Numbered from the stretch's first letter, positions 18,415-27,809 are shown. The stretch is 64,000 nucleotides of DNA from Candidatus Omnitrophota bacterium (GCA_043732705.1 JAYTHE010000006.1:12284-76283); one strand, 5' to 3'. Notes: generated by a model not told the origin, from the letters alone. Translations and numbers: made by a program.

Positions 18415-19506
18415 ATGAAGAAGAAAGACAAATATAATATTGCGGTCGTGGGCGCAAAGGGCGCCGTCGGCTATGAAATGATCAAGCTGCTTGCTGATTC
18501 TAAAATCGCAGTTGGGGAATTCAAGCCTTTCGGATCGGCGCGCACAAAAGGCGCCGAGATTTTATTTCGCGGCAAGACTTACAAAAATAACGAACTCAAA
18601 TCGACACGTGAAGAGTTCAAAGGTATCGACATTGTTTTGTCGAGTCCGGGCGCTTCGGTCAGCAAGCAATTTGCGCCAGCTGCAATTGCTGAAGGGGCGA
18701 TTATTATCGATAACACCAGCGCATTTCGCATGGATCCAAAGGTCCCGCTTGTGATTCCTGAAATTAACGCGAGTGATATTAAAGAAGACAGCAAAATCAT
18801 CGCCAATCCGAATTGTTCGGCGATTATGATGTTGATGGCTGTTGCGCCTTTACATAAGGTTAATCGAATCCGCCGCATTCATTGCGCCACCTATCAGGCT
18901 GTCAGCGGTGCCGGTGCGACGGCCATGGTCGAACTTTATTCCCAGGCCAAAGAATTTGTTGAGCGTGTTGAGAAGAACCCAAAGAGTAAAAGCGATTTGC
19001 TGGCTGCGGTCCAGGATGAAACCGACCGTTTAAGTAAATCTCCGCTTGCTAAGAGCGTTTTTCCGCATCAAATTGCATTCAATTTGTTTTCGCATAACGC
19101 TGCGATTGAAGATAAAGGTTATAACGGTGAAGAGTTAAAAATGATCCAGGAATCGAAAAAGATTCTGCATGATAACTCGATTCAAATCGCGACCACCTGT
19201 ATCCGCGTGCCGGTATTACGTGCGCACACCGAAGTGCTCTACATAGAGTTTGAGAAGAAAATGACACCGGATGAAGCTCTTGGAATTTTGATCAAGTCTC
19301 CGGGTATCGAAATCCAAAACAATCCGAAAGATAATCATTTTCCGATGCCGATCGAGGCTACCGGTAAAAAGAAAGTGCTCGTGGGCCGTATCCGCGAAGA
19401 TTTGTCCTGCGAAAACGGGTTAGCTCTCATGGTTTCCGGCGATCAATTGTGGAAAGGTGCAGCCCTCAATGCCGTTCAAATCGCCGAGTATCTTGTCAGC
19501 CATTGA
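18415..19506 (+). CDS. asd: Aspartate-semialdehyde dehydrogenase
   Basis: DNTSAFRMD, ANPNCS, TYQAVSGAG and KGAALNAVQIAE. Confidence 0.96.
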   Translation: MKKKDKYNIAVVGAKGAVGYEMIKLLADSKIAVGEFKPFGSARTKGAEILFRGKTYKNNELKSTREEFKGIDIVLSSPGASVSKQFAPAAIAEGAIIIDNTSAFRMDPKVPLVIPEINASDIKEDSKIIANPNCSAIMMLMAVAPLHKVNRIRRIHCATYQAVSGAGATAMVELYSQAKEFVERVEKNPKSKSDLLAAVQDETDRLSKSPLAKSVFPHQIAFNLFSHNAAIEDKGYNGEELKMIQESKKILHDNSIQIATTCIRVPVLRAHTEVLYIEFEKKMTPDEALGILIKSPGIEIQNNPKDNHFPMPIEATGKKKVLVGRIREDLSCENGLALMVSGDQLWKGAALNAVQIAEYLVSH

Positions 19507-19617
19507 AAGTGGCTCGTCTGCGGCGTTACAAATTCGCAATTTTCAGTCAACGTGCGTTTTCAGCGCGCCTTCTTCGATTGCTCATTTGTGCCTTGCATCC
19601 TAACCATTTTGAATGGC
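19499..19617 (+). repeat. Structured dispersed repeat (family A, diverged)
   Basis: Terminal stem GCCATT/AATGGC; CGTCTGCGGCGTT...GCCTTGCATC. Confidence 0.7.
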
Positions 19618-19636
19618 TTCTCTTTCGTCAACTTTT

Positions 19637-20455
19637 ATGAAGAGCGCAAAACTGCGAAACATTAAACCGACGCTTGGCAGTATTCGACACATCAAGCTCA
19701 CACTTGAGTATGACGGCACCGATTTTTTCGGATTTCAGCGCCAGCCTAATCAACCGACAGTCCAGCAAGCAATCGAAGAAGCGCTCGAAAAATTACTCCA
19801 GCAAAAAACACGGCTGATTTCAGCCAGCAGCCGCACGGACGCGGGTGTGCATGCCGAAGAACAAATTATTCATTTCAAAACAGAAAGTATTTTGGCGCTG
19901 CACCGGATTGAACGCGGACTGAATCATTTTTTGCCGAAATCTATTGCGGTTACAAAAGCAGAAGAAGTTTCCGCGGACTTTCACGCGCGCTTTCAGCCTG
20001 TTGCTAAAATTTACGAATATCGCATTTGGAATCATTTTTCGCATCCTGCGATTTGGCGCAACCGAGCCTGCCACATCGTTGGTGAATTAGATTTGACGGC
20101 AATCAAACATGCCGCCAAATTTTTAACGGGTAAGCATGACTTTCGCGCTTTCACTTCGGTTGAAGTGATTGTCAAAAGTCGGACTATTGCCCGCAAAAAA
20201 ATTTCTTTTGTCCGTACTATTAAGAAATTAAATATTAAAAAACAGGGCAAAATGTTGATTTTTACCGTGGTGGCCGATGGTTTTCTTTATCATATGGTGC
20301 GTAATCTCGTCGGTACTTTGACGGCGGTTGGGAAGGGGAAAATGAAGGCCGGAGATATGCCCGCAATCTTAAAATCCCATGACCGTAAGCGTTCGGGACC
20401 TACTTTGCCTGCTTGCGGGCTAACGCTAAAACGGGTGATTTACCCGTCAGCCTAA
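19637..20455 (+). CDS. truA: tRNA pseudouridine(38-40) synthase
   Basis: YDGTDFFGFQRQ, RTDAGVHA and GFLYHMVR. The exact start is uncertain. Confidence 0.95.
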   Translation: MKSAKLRNIKPTLGSIRHIKLTLEYDGTDFFGFQRQPNQPTVQQAIEEALEKLLQQKTRLISASSRTDAGVHAEEQIIHFKTESILALHRIERGLNHFLPKSIAVTKAEEVSADFHARFQPVAKIYEYRIWNHFSHPAIWRNRACHIVGELDLTAIKHAAKFLTGKHDFRAFTSVEVIVKSRTIARKKISFVRTIKKLNIKKQGKMLIFTVVADGFLYHMVRNLVGTLTAVGKGKMKAGDMPAILKSHDRKRSGPTLPACGLTLKRVIYPSA

Positions 20456-20529
20456 AAGGCTAAAAAGCCGCGCTCTATTCGAGGGTAAGCCTAGGGGAAA
20501 ATACCTTAGTAGAGCGTAAGAAAATAATT

Positions 20530-20558
20530 TTGACACCCCCCAAGTCCTTTGCTATACT
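20530..20558 (+). promoter_or_regulatory. Consensus sigma70 promoter of rplM-rpsI
   Basis: TTGACA-17-TATACT with an extended TG. Confidence 0.85.
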
Positions 20559-20688
20559 CCGCTCTCTTTTGCCGCCCTGTTTTGTATTCGCCTCTGTGCG
20601 CTAAGGCGCACAACCGAGCGGTAATAATTGTTTGGCTCTGCGCTTCGCGCAACCGCAAAGCGGTTTACAGCATGAAATTAAGGGAACT

Positions 20689-21117
20689 ATGAAGACATTT
20701 CGTATTGCAGATAAAGATATCGAGCACAAAGTATGGCTCGTCAACGCCGACGGAAAAACGTTGGGACGTCTTGCTACTAAAGTAGCGCAGCTTTTAATCG
20801 GTAAGGGTAAGCCTTATTTCGCTAAAGACCAAGTTGTGGGCGATTATGTTGTTGTGATTAATGCCGCTAAAATTAAAGTTACCGGCCGTAAGCATGAACA
20901 AAAAACCTATACACGCTATTCCGGCTATCCAGGTGGGTTGAAGTCAGTCGTTTATGAGGACTTTCAAGCTAAGAAGCCCACGGAAATTATTACACGTGCC
21001 GTTTCACGCATGCTTCCTAAAAATAATATCGGCGAAGAAATGCGCCGCCGCATCCGCGTTTTTGAAGGCGCGGAGCATAATCAACAGGCGCAAAAGCCCG
21101 TTGCAATTGAGGTATAA
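20689..21117 (+). CDS. rplM: 50S ribosomal protein L13
   Basis: LGRLAT, GDYVVVINA, YSGYPGGLK and MLPKN. Start re-called to ATG 20689. Confidence 0.97.
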   Translation: MKTFRIADKDIEHKVWLVNADGKTLGRLATKVAQLLIGKGKPYFAKDQVVGDYVVVINAAKIKVTGRKHEQKTYTRYSGYPGGLKSVVYEDFQAKKPTEIITRAVSRMLPKNNIGEEMRRRIRVFEGAEHNQQAQKPVAIEV

Positions 21118-21122
21118 ATAAA

Positions 21123-21512
21123 ATGGCAGAAGTTATTTACGCAACCGGACGCCGCAAATCAGCTATCGCGCGCGTTTGGATTTTTCCCGGTCAAAAAGGT
21201 TTTACGATCAATGGTAAAGATTCCGCTAAATATTTAAAGCGCGCGAATTTGCAGATGGTTGTGGATCAGCCGATTCAAGCCGTTAGCCCTAAAGAAGTCG
21301 TTCGTATCCGCGCCCGCGTTATCGGCGGCGGCATTGCCGGTCAAGCCGGAGCGGTTCGCCTCGGAATTTCCCGTGCGCTTGTGAAACTTAATGAAAAATT
21401 TCAGCCTGCTTTGCGTAAGGGCGGCTTTTTAACGCGTGATCCGCGTCAGAAAGAAAGAAAGAAATACGGTAAAAAAGGCGCACGCCGCGGTTTTCAGTTT
21501 ACAAAACGCTGA
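21123..21512 (+). CDS. rpsI: 30S ribosomal protein S9
   Basis: TGRRKSAIARV, GGGIAGQAGA, LTRDPR.KERKKYG and QFTKR. Confidence 0.98.
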   Translation: MAEVIYATGRRKSAIARVWIFPGQKGFTINGKDSAKYLKRANLQMVVDQPIQAVSPKEVVRIRARVIGGGIAGQAGAVRLGISRALVKLNEKFQPALRKGGFLTRDPRQKERKKYGKKGARRGFQFTKR

Positions 21513-21514
21513 TT

Positions 21515-21706
21515 ATGTTTTTGCCTCTGCGGCCAGCTTTTTTAGCTCTGTCGCGTTGGCACAACTGCAGCAACCGGCGGCTCAAATCAGCAGTGGTTGT
21601 TTTTATTTTGTTGCTGGCATTCGGAGTTCTCTCCGGATGCCAGTCTTTTTTTGAGGATTACCAGTACGCGCCGGTAGCATCGTCGTCGTCCGGTTCTTCT
21701 TACTAA
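21515..21706 (+). CDS. Putative small lipoprotein
   Basis: A basic stretch, a hydrophobic core and the lipobox LSGC. The 5' part overlaps family-D repeats, so the start is uncertain. Confidence 0.5.
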   Translation: MFLPLRPAFLALSRWHNCSNRRLKSAVVVFILLLAFGVLSGCQSFFEDYQYAPVASSSSGSSY

Positions 21707-21766
21707 TTTTGGCGCGATCGGATCAGACCCGATCGTAATTGGCTGTGATATACTGACCCCATGAAT

Positions 21767-21866
21767 CCCGTTAGACTCTTAACCAACGTTGTTATAAATA
21801 ATTATAAATTTATGTGTAGGAAAATTTTGCATTCATACAGATTTTATTTGAAGAGAGTCTAACGGG
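21767..21866. mobile_element. MITE-like element (family B) with a 6-bp ATGAAT direct repeat
   Basis: ATGAAT|CCCGTTAGACTCT...AGAGTCTAACGGG|ATGAAT. Confidence 0.85.
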
Positions 21867-24317
21867 ATGAATTTCAAGAAATATTTTTTTACCGTCGTTT
21901 CCATTCTCATCTTCTTTCTGGTTGTTTTTTTATCCGCGGTTTTTTTACGCTATCATTCTTGGAGCACCGATCCTCGCCCCGCGGAAAAGCTGGCGGCTTA
22001 TTTTTCGCGCATTACGAAGAGTGATTTTCAATATAAGTCTTTGGAATGGCGGCTTTTGCCTTTTCCTGCGGCTCGTTTTTCTGAGCCCGTTTTTAAATTT
22101 AAAAGTGATTTGCATCATGAGCTCAAAGCGCGTTCATTAGTTTTAAATCTTGATCTAGTGAAGCTCCTCTTTGGAGATTTTGGGTTTTCTGAGCTTCATC
22201 TCAGCGAGGGAGAGTGGCATGGCCAGATTGACGCGCCTAAGGGGGTGCATAATTTTGTGGTCGAGCATATTGACCTGAAAACTTCTGCGCTTTTGTCGGA
22301 TCGGCCCGTAAAAATTTATATGAGCGGAGATACCGGCGGCCGGAGGAAAGCGGTTGTCATTCACGGCGATTTAAAATTACCGCCGCTTGAAGAGCCGCGT
22401 CTAGATAGTTTGGGTTTCGAAGTTCAGGTTTTAACGCGTAATTTTAAGTTTGAAGACAGTCCGGAATGGGAATTTTTAGGCTGGATTCCAAGCTCGGGGC
22501 TTTCTGACTTTTTAATTGAATTAAAACATGAGCCCATGAGTGATCGTGTTGATTTTTCGGGTGATGCGGGACTGCATGAACTTTCTTTCCGCTCCGCAGA
22601 TCAGGCCAAAGCAGTGCCGTATAAAGTCGGAAATTTGCAGGTTAAATTTGCGGGGTATTTCAGTCCGAAGACGGATGAATTAAAATTTACGCATTGTTCC
22701 GCCGCGTTGCCTTTCTCACAATTTAATCTTCAAGGCGCTTATCTCCCGCATCGCCGTGAATTCCGTTCGATGACGTTTAGTTTTTCAAATGTCAAATTGG
22801 ATGACTTGCCGTCTTATTTCCCGGATATGAAAAACCGAATTCCTTACTTTATCGGATTTTCAGGACAAACGGACTTGAGTTTTTCACTTAATGGATTTCC
22901 GAATCATTTAAAAATTTACGGTGATTTCGATTTGACGCATACCTTGTTTACTTACGGGCGCTTCTTTCAAAAAGCCAAGGAAAAACCATTTCGCATCAAG
23001 ACCGACTTTGATTGGGCGGCGCAGCTGTTGTCCGGAGAGTTTTCGGGCAGTCTTGATAACCTGACATTTAAAGGCAATCTTCCGGAGTGGCGGCCATCGG
23101 GGGCCATGAAAATTAATTTTATTACGAATGCTTTTGCCGCCGATCAACTGCCCGGGTTTGTGCCCTTTTTGTCGAGTTATGAGTTAGGCGGAACCATGAA
23201 ACTTTTTGCGAACTTTGACGGTAATTTACAAAGCACCGCTCCTTTTCAAAAAATGTTTCATTTAAATATGCAAGAGGGCCGTATTTTAAGAAAAGGCACT
23301 GGTTCGGGCTTTAAAGATTTGGACTTGGATTTGGACTTTGGCCCGTTATTGATGGAAGTCAAGGCGCCGCGGTTTTCGGTGGGGGGATCATTTTTTGAAG
23401 GTGCGCTGAAAGGAATTCATCCTGAAAAGGATCCGAAGTGGGAAGGGCATTTGACCTCCCAAAAATTGATTGCCGCTAGTGTTTGGAAGGAATGGAAAGA
23501 ATTTTGGGGCGGTGAAAATGCGGCCTGGCTTGAGCGCCTGCATCCGTGGCTTCAAAAAATGATTTTGAGCGAGGATCCTTATGAGTCAGTAAAAGCAGAT
23601 TTTTCATCGGAAAATAATGCTTCTCAGATTCATTCGCTTGAGGCCAAGGCTTTTGACGGGCAGTTGTCCGGATCCGTCTCTGTTCAGACGGTCGATCAAG
23701 GCCAAAAAACTGAACTAAAAATGAATGGCGCGGGGATGGATGCGGCCCGCTTGTTTAAGCTTTTGGGCGCTACGCAGCCCGCCTTAGAAGGCCGGGTGGA
23801 TTGGAAGGCTGAATTGGAAGGCTCGCCGGCTTCAGGTCATACGGATTGGTCGGGGCCGATTTCGCTTTCGATAAAAAATGGTTTCTTAAATCACTTTGGT
23901 TATGTTCAGGCTTTTGAACAGATGGAAACTTTAAAGAAGGCGTCTTCAGAAGGCAGCGACCGGTTGGCTTTTAAATTTTTGAACGTCGAGGGTCATGTTG
24001 AAAATGAACGATTTAAAGCCAGTCAGGTTAATTTTGAAAATGAACAAATTCAAGTTGAGGGTGAAGGCGAGGTAACCGGCGACGGCATCTTGAATTTCCG
24101 GTTAAAAACTCATCTTGAGGCGGGATACTTCCGGCAGCTTTTTCCAAAACGCGCGGATGATTTTATTTCCGGGCAGGATAAATTTTTTGGCCCTATCACT
24201 TTGCTTGCGTCCGGTCCGTTGGATGGTTTGAATGTTAAGCCGGATCCGCAGTCGGTTGCCGAATTAGCAAGCTGGTATGCGCATAAAAAGACCGAGTCCC
24301 TCTCGAAGTATCTGTAA
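21867..24317 (+). CDS. AsmA-like family protein
   Basis: N-terminal TM anchor, long amphipathic beta-strand repeats and an AsmA-type C-terminus (FDGQLSG...GEGEV..DG.LNF...PITLLASGPLD). Confidence 0.7.
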   Translation: MNFKKYFFTVVSILIFFLVVFLSAVFLRYHSWSTDPRPAEKLAAYFSRITKSDFQYKSLEWRLLPFPAARFSEPVFKFKSDLHHELKARSLVLNLDLVKLLFGDFGFSELHLSEGEWHGQIDAPKGVHNFVVEHIDLKTSALLSDRPVKIYMSGDTGGRRKAVVIHGDLKLPPLEEPRLDSLGFEVQVLTRNFKFEDSPEWEFLGWIPSSGLSDFLIELKHEPMSDRVDFSGDAGLHELSFRSADQAKAVPYKVGNLQVKFAGYFSPKTDELKFTHCSAALPFSQFNLQGAYLPHRREFRSMTFSFSNVKLDDLPSYFPDMKNRIPYFIGFSGQTDLSFSLNGFPNHLKIYGDFDLTHTLFTYGRFFQKAKEKPFRIKTDFDWAAQLLSGEFSGSLDNLTFKGNLPEWRPSGAMKINFITNAFAADQLPGFVPFLSSYELGGTMKLFANFDGNLQSTAPFQKMFHLNMQEGRILRKGTGSGFKDLDLDLDFGPLLMEVKAPRFSVGGSFFEGALKGIHPEKDPKWEGHLTSQKLIAASVWKEWKEFWGGENAAWLERLHPWLQKMILSEDPYESVKADFSSENNASQIHSLEAKAFDGQLSGSVSVQTVDQGQKTELKMNGAGMDAARLFKLLGATQPALEGRVDWKAELEGSPASGHTDWSGPISLSIKNGFLNHFGYVQAFEQMETLKKASSEGSDRLAFKFLNVEGHVENERFKASQVNFENEQIQVEGEGEVTGDGILNFRLKTHLEAGYFRQLFPKRADDFISGQDKFFGPITLLASGPLDGLNVKPDPQSVAELASWYAHKKTESLSKYL

Positions 24318-24508
24318 CATTTAGGTTCTGGGCGGAACGCCCAACCACCGGTCCTCAACTCTAATATTTAATCAAGCTTCCCTGATAGAGCCATTTGCTG
24401 CTTTGCGTTTGAGCGAAGCTCAGAGCAAAAATTATAGCCGGAATTTTTTCCGCAGTTTGATGACGAGATTCCTAGCAGCTTTTAAATGAAGCCGCAAGTT
24501 AAGGAGTA

Positions 24509-24567
24509 GAGCGACATAACTTGCATGGCGGAATTTATACCGAGCGGCGGTAGCCAAAATGCTCGGC
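24509..24567 (+). repeat. Two-copy repeat (family F)
   Basis: GAGCG(A)CATAAC...GAATTTATACCG.GCG...TAGC, shared with 38451-38529. Confidence 0.6.
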
Positions 24568-24589
24568 ATGTACCCAGACTAGCAATTCT

Positions 24590-25300
24590 TTATAATTTGA
24601 ATCGCTTTCTCAATTTAAGTACTAGCATTCTCGCTGCTTTTTCTTCCGCTTCTTTTCTGGATCTTGCCACTGCTTTGGCGCGTTTCTGTCCATCGATCCA
24701 GGCGACAACCTGAATTCCCTTGGCGACCTGTGAGCTGTCATATTGAGGCAGTTTTTTCCAGTGTTTCTGGCTGATTTCTTGAAGCGTGCTTTTTGGATTG
24801 GGATCAAGCCGGAAAAGTTTTTTAATGTCAAAGTATTCGTCAAAGTGCGTGAGAATAAAATTTTCCGCGGCTTTTTTTCCGCGGTCAAAATAAATGGCGG
24901 CGATTAAAGATTCAAAAACATCCGCCAGCACCTTTGCTTTCAGAAAAGACGGGGAGGACTTTTTAAATCCGCGCCCAAGCCGCATAAATTTATTCAGTTT
25001 CAGGTCTCGCGCGATTTTAATTAGGATTCTGCGTGAAACGAGCGTGGACCGGAGACGGCTCAAAAGTCCTTCGTCGGCATCCTTAAATGTTTGATAAATT
25101 TTTCTGCAAACCACTTCGTTGAGAATGGCATCACCGAGAAACTCCATGCGGTCAAAATGATCCAATCCCGGAATCGGGTTTTCATAACGAAATGACGGGT
25201 GAGTTAAAGCGGACTCGTAACCGTACGGTTTTTTAATTTTGAGCCCCAAGGTTTTTTCAAGCGCCTTGAAATCAATGGGGCGAATCGTGCGTGTTGCCAT
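24590..25300 (-). CDS. rnc: Ribonuclease III
   Basis: ALTHPS, RMEFLGDAIL, ADVFESLIAAIYFD and a dsRBD (NPKSTLQE). Confidence 0.96.
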   Translation of the reverse strand: MATRTIRPIDFKALEKTLGLKIKKPYGYESALTHPSFRYENPIPGLDHFDRMEFLGDAILNEVVCRKIYQTFKDADEGLLSRLRSTLVSRRILIKIARDLKLNKFMRLGRGFKKSSPSFLKAKVLADVFESLIAAIYFDRGKKAAENFILTHFDEYFDIKKLFRLDPNPKSTLQEISQKHWKKLPQYDSSQVAKGIQVVAWIDGQKRAKAVARSRKEAEEKAARMLVLKLRKRFKL

Positions 25301-25308
25301 GGGGCGGT

Positions 25309-25337
25309 AAACTAAAGGCTTTTGGGCATTGTGTCAA
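25309..25337 (-). promoter_or_regulatory. sigma70 promoter of rnc (leaderless-type spacing)
   Basis: On -: TTGACA-17-TAGTTT-8 nt-ATG. Confidence 0.7.
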
Positions 25338-25373
25338 TGTGTCAAATTGCGTCAGTTTTTGGCTTCTTGTCTC

Positions 25374-25402
25374 TTGTTCGAAGCCGTTCGTCCCCTTATA
25401 AT
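25374..25402 (+). promoter_or_regulatory. sigma70 promoter of the arg operon
   Basis: TTGTTC-17-TATAAT. Confidence 0.65.
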
Positions 25403-25439
25403 ACCTCTTCATTTTTAAGGGGCTAAAAGGCTTGGTTTT

Positions 25440-26468
25440 ATGAGTACAAAGAAAGCATCAGTTATTGGGGCAACGGGTTACGTCGGCGTTGAGCTGACGC
25501 GGTTTTTATTAAGGCACCCGCATGTCCAAATTTCAAGGCTGACGACCAGCCAGCCGCAAGGTGTTCCGATGCAGACCCTTTTACCTGAAATTCATGCCGC
25601 TGCCGCACATCAGGTTGTTCCTTATAACAAAGAAGATGTGATTAAAAACTCGGATGTGGTTTTTCTTTGCCTTCCGCATACCGAGGCGATGCAGCATGCC
25701 GCGGCTTTTCTGGAAGCGGGGAAGACGGTCATTGATTTATCCGCTGACTTCCGGCTTAAGAATCCGGCGGAATATCCCGTTTGGTATGGCGTTGAGCATT
25801 TATCACCAGACCTGTTGAAGAAATCCGTTTACGGTTTGTGCGAATTTTACCGCGATGCCGTTAAAAAAGCAGATTTGATCGCGAACCCGGGATGCTACCC
25901 GACAGGTTCATTACTTGCGTTGCTGCCGCTCGTGAAGAAAAAATTGATTCATTTGAACTCAATCGGAATCACCGCCGCATCAGGCGTGAGCGGTGCGGGC
26001 AAGAAACCTTCAGCTACAACACATTTTTGCGAAACGCATGAAAATTATTTTGCTTATAAAGTCGGCAAGCATCAGCACACGCCCGAAATTGAACAAATTC
26101 TTGCTGAAGGTGCGGGAGCTTCGCTCAAGATTGATTTTACAACGCATCTTTTACCGGTGAACCGCGGTATCCTTTCCACCATTTACGCTAAAAAAGCTGC
26201 GGGCGTGCACGAAGGGCAAATCCGCGCGGCTTACGAAGAGTTTTATGGCAAGAGCTTGTTTGTCCGGTTTAAAAAGAGCGGAGAATACCCCGCGTTGAAA
26301 GACGTGCAGCATTCTAATTTTTGCGATATCGGCGTGCTTGTGAATCCGCGTACGGATACGGTCACGGTCATTTCAGCGATTGATAATTTAGTAAAAGGTG
26401 CCGCGGGCCAGGCGGTTCAAAATTTTAATATTCGGTTTGGCTTCGAAGAAGGAACTGCGCTTTTATGA
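25440..26468 (+). CDS. argC: N-acetyl-gamma-glutamyl-phosphate reductase
   Basis: GATGYVG, IDLSADFR, ANPGCY and DNLVKGAAGQAVQN. Confidence 0.97.
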   Translation: MSTKKASVIGATGYVGVELTRFLLRHPHVQISRLTTSQPQGVPMQTLLPEIHAAAAHQVVPYNKEDVIKNSDVVFLCLPHTEAMQHAAAFLEAGKTVIDLSADFRLKNPAEYPVWYGVEHLSPDLLKKSVYGLCEFYRDAVKKADLIANPGCYPTGSLLALLPLVKKKLIHLNSIGITAASGVSGAGKKPSATTHFCETHENYFAYKVGKHQHTPEIEQILAEGAGASLKIDFTTHLLPVNRGILSTIYAKKAAGVHEGQIRAAYEEFYGKSLFVRFKKSGEYPALKDVQHSNFCDIGVLVNPRTDTVTVISAIDNLVKGAAGQAVQNFNIRFGFEEGTALL

Positions 26469-27688
26469 ACAAGATGACGGGTATAAAACTTTTAAAAAAT
26501 GGTTCTTTGACTTCCGCGAAGGGGTTTCTCGCTTCCGGCATGTTTTGCGGCATCAAGCGCGTATCTAAAAAATATGATATCTCCCTCGTTGTTTCAGAAA
26601 AAGCCGCGACAGCCGCAGGCGTTTTTACGGTGAATCGCGCGAAAGCATGGCCGGTTTATCTTGCGATCAAAAATTTGAAAAATGCGAAGCATATGGCGAT
26701 TCTTGGAACAAGCGGCAATGCGAATTGTTTGAACGGCCTTACGGGTCAAGCAGCCGCATGGACATGCTTGAAAGCGGCGGCGGATGAATTGGGTGTTAAG
26801 ACGGAAGAAGTTTTAATCGCGCAAACCGGGATTATTGGGATGCGTTATCCGGTGCATTGTGTGGAGCGGGCCATGCCGGAGCTTGTCAAAAGTTTATCGA
26901 CCGAGGGTGGGCATGCCGCAGCGCGGGGAATTCTTACAACCGATAAACGCACAAAAGAAATCGGTGTTTCATTTACATTGGGCAGTAAGAAAGTAACCAT
27001 CGGCGCGGCCGCGAAAGGCGCGGGCATGGTGCATCCGTACATGGCGACCATGCTTTGTTTTATTACAACTGACGCGGCGATTTCAAAACCACTTTTGCAT
27101 AAATCTCTTAAAACTGCCGTTCAAACCACATTTAATGCGATTGCGATTGATAACGACATGAGTACGAATGACTGTGCATTTGTTTTGGCAAACGGTTTAG
27201 CGGGCAACCGTGAAATAAAAAAGGAAAACGCGGATTACAAAAAGTTTTCCGCAGCGCTTGAGTTTTTACTTAAAGAGGTCGCAGTAGGTCTTGTTGAAGA
27301 CGGTGAAGGCGTAAAACATGTTTGCCACATTACAGTGAAAAACGCTAAGTCCGATGCGGAAGCCGCAAAAGCCGCGCGGCAAGTTGGAAATTCGATGCTT
27401 TTTAAAACTATGGTTACCGGCGAAGATCCGAATTGGGGACGTATTATCGCGGCAGTCGGTGCCAGTCAGATTCAATTTAATCCGCAGAAATTTTCTGTAG
27501 CTATCGGCGGCGTGCCGATTGTACGGGAAGGTGTCGTGCGTTTTTCAAATCGTCCCAAAGCAAAAAAGGTTATGGCCAATTCCCATTTTGATGTCACCGT
27601 GGATTTGCATTATGGAAAAGGCAGCTCAACATTTGTGACTTCGGATTTAACGCACGAATATGTCTCTATCAACGGAGCTTATTCATAA
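26465..27688 (+). CDS. argJ: Ornithine acetyltransferase
   Basis: SGNAN, AKGAGMVHPYMATML, STND and DPNWGR. Confidence 0.96.
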   Translation: MNKMTGIKLLKNGSLTSAKGFLASGMFCGIKRVSKKYDISLVVSEKAATAAGVFTVNRAKAWPVYLAIKNLKNAKHMAILGTSGNANCLNGLTGQAAAWTCLKAAADELGVKTEEVLIAQTGIIGMRYPVHCVERAMPELVKSLSTEGGHAAARGILTTDKRTKEIGVSFTLGSKKVTIGAAAKGAGMVHPYMATMLCFITTDAAISKPLLHKSLKTAVQTTFNAIAIDNDMSTNDCAFVLANGLAGNREIKKENADYKKFSAALEFLLKEVAVGLVEDGEGVKHVCHITVKNAKSDAEAAKAARQVGNSMLFKTMVTGEDPNWGRIIAAVGASQIQFNPQKFSVAIGGVPIVREGVVRFSNRPKAKKVMANSHFDVTVDLHYGKGSSTFVTSDLTHEYVSINGAYS

Positions 27689-27809
27689 AACCGATGAAAA
27701 AGTCCATCTGCTGCGTTGCGTCCCTCGCTTCCTTGTGCGGCGTATTAGCTTATACGCCTCCGCGGTCGCTCGAACGCGCCTTGCATCTGAATCTTTTTGA
27801 CCGGTTTTA
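27686..27809 (+). repeat. Structured dispersed repeat (family A)
   Basis: Terminal stem TAAAACCG/CGGTTTTA; CATCTGCTGCGTTG...GGCGTA-N8-TACGCC...GCCTTGCATCT. Confidence 0.85.

Noticed and set aside
18950-19050. Insertion of about 20 aa in Asd as a repeat-derived sequence
   Set aside because: No palindrome or family motif is visible in the DNA, and this loop varies naturally in length.
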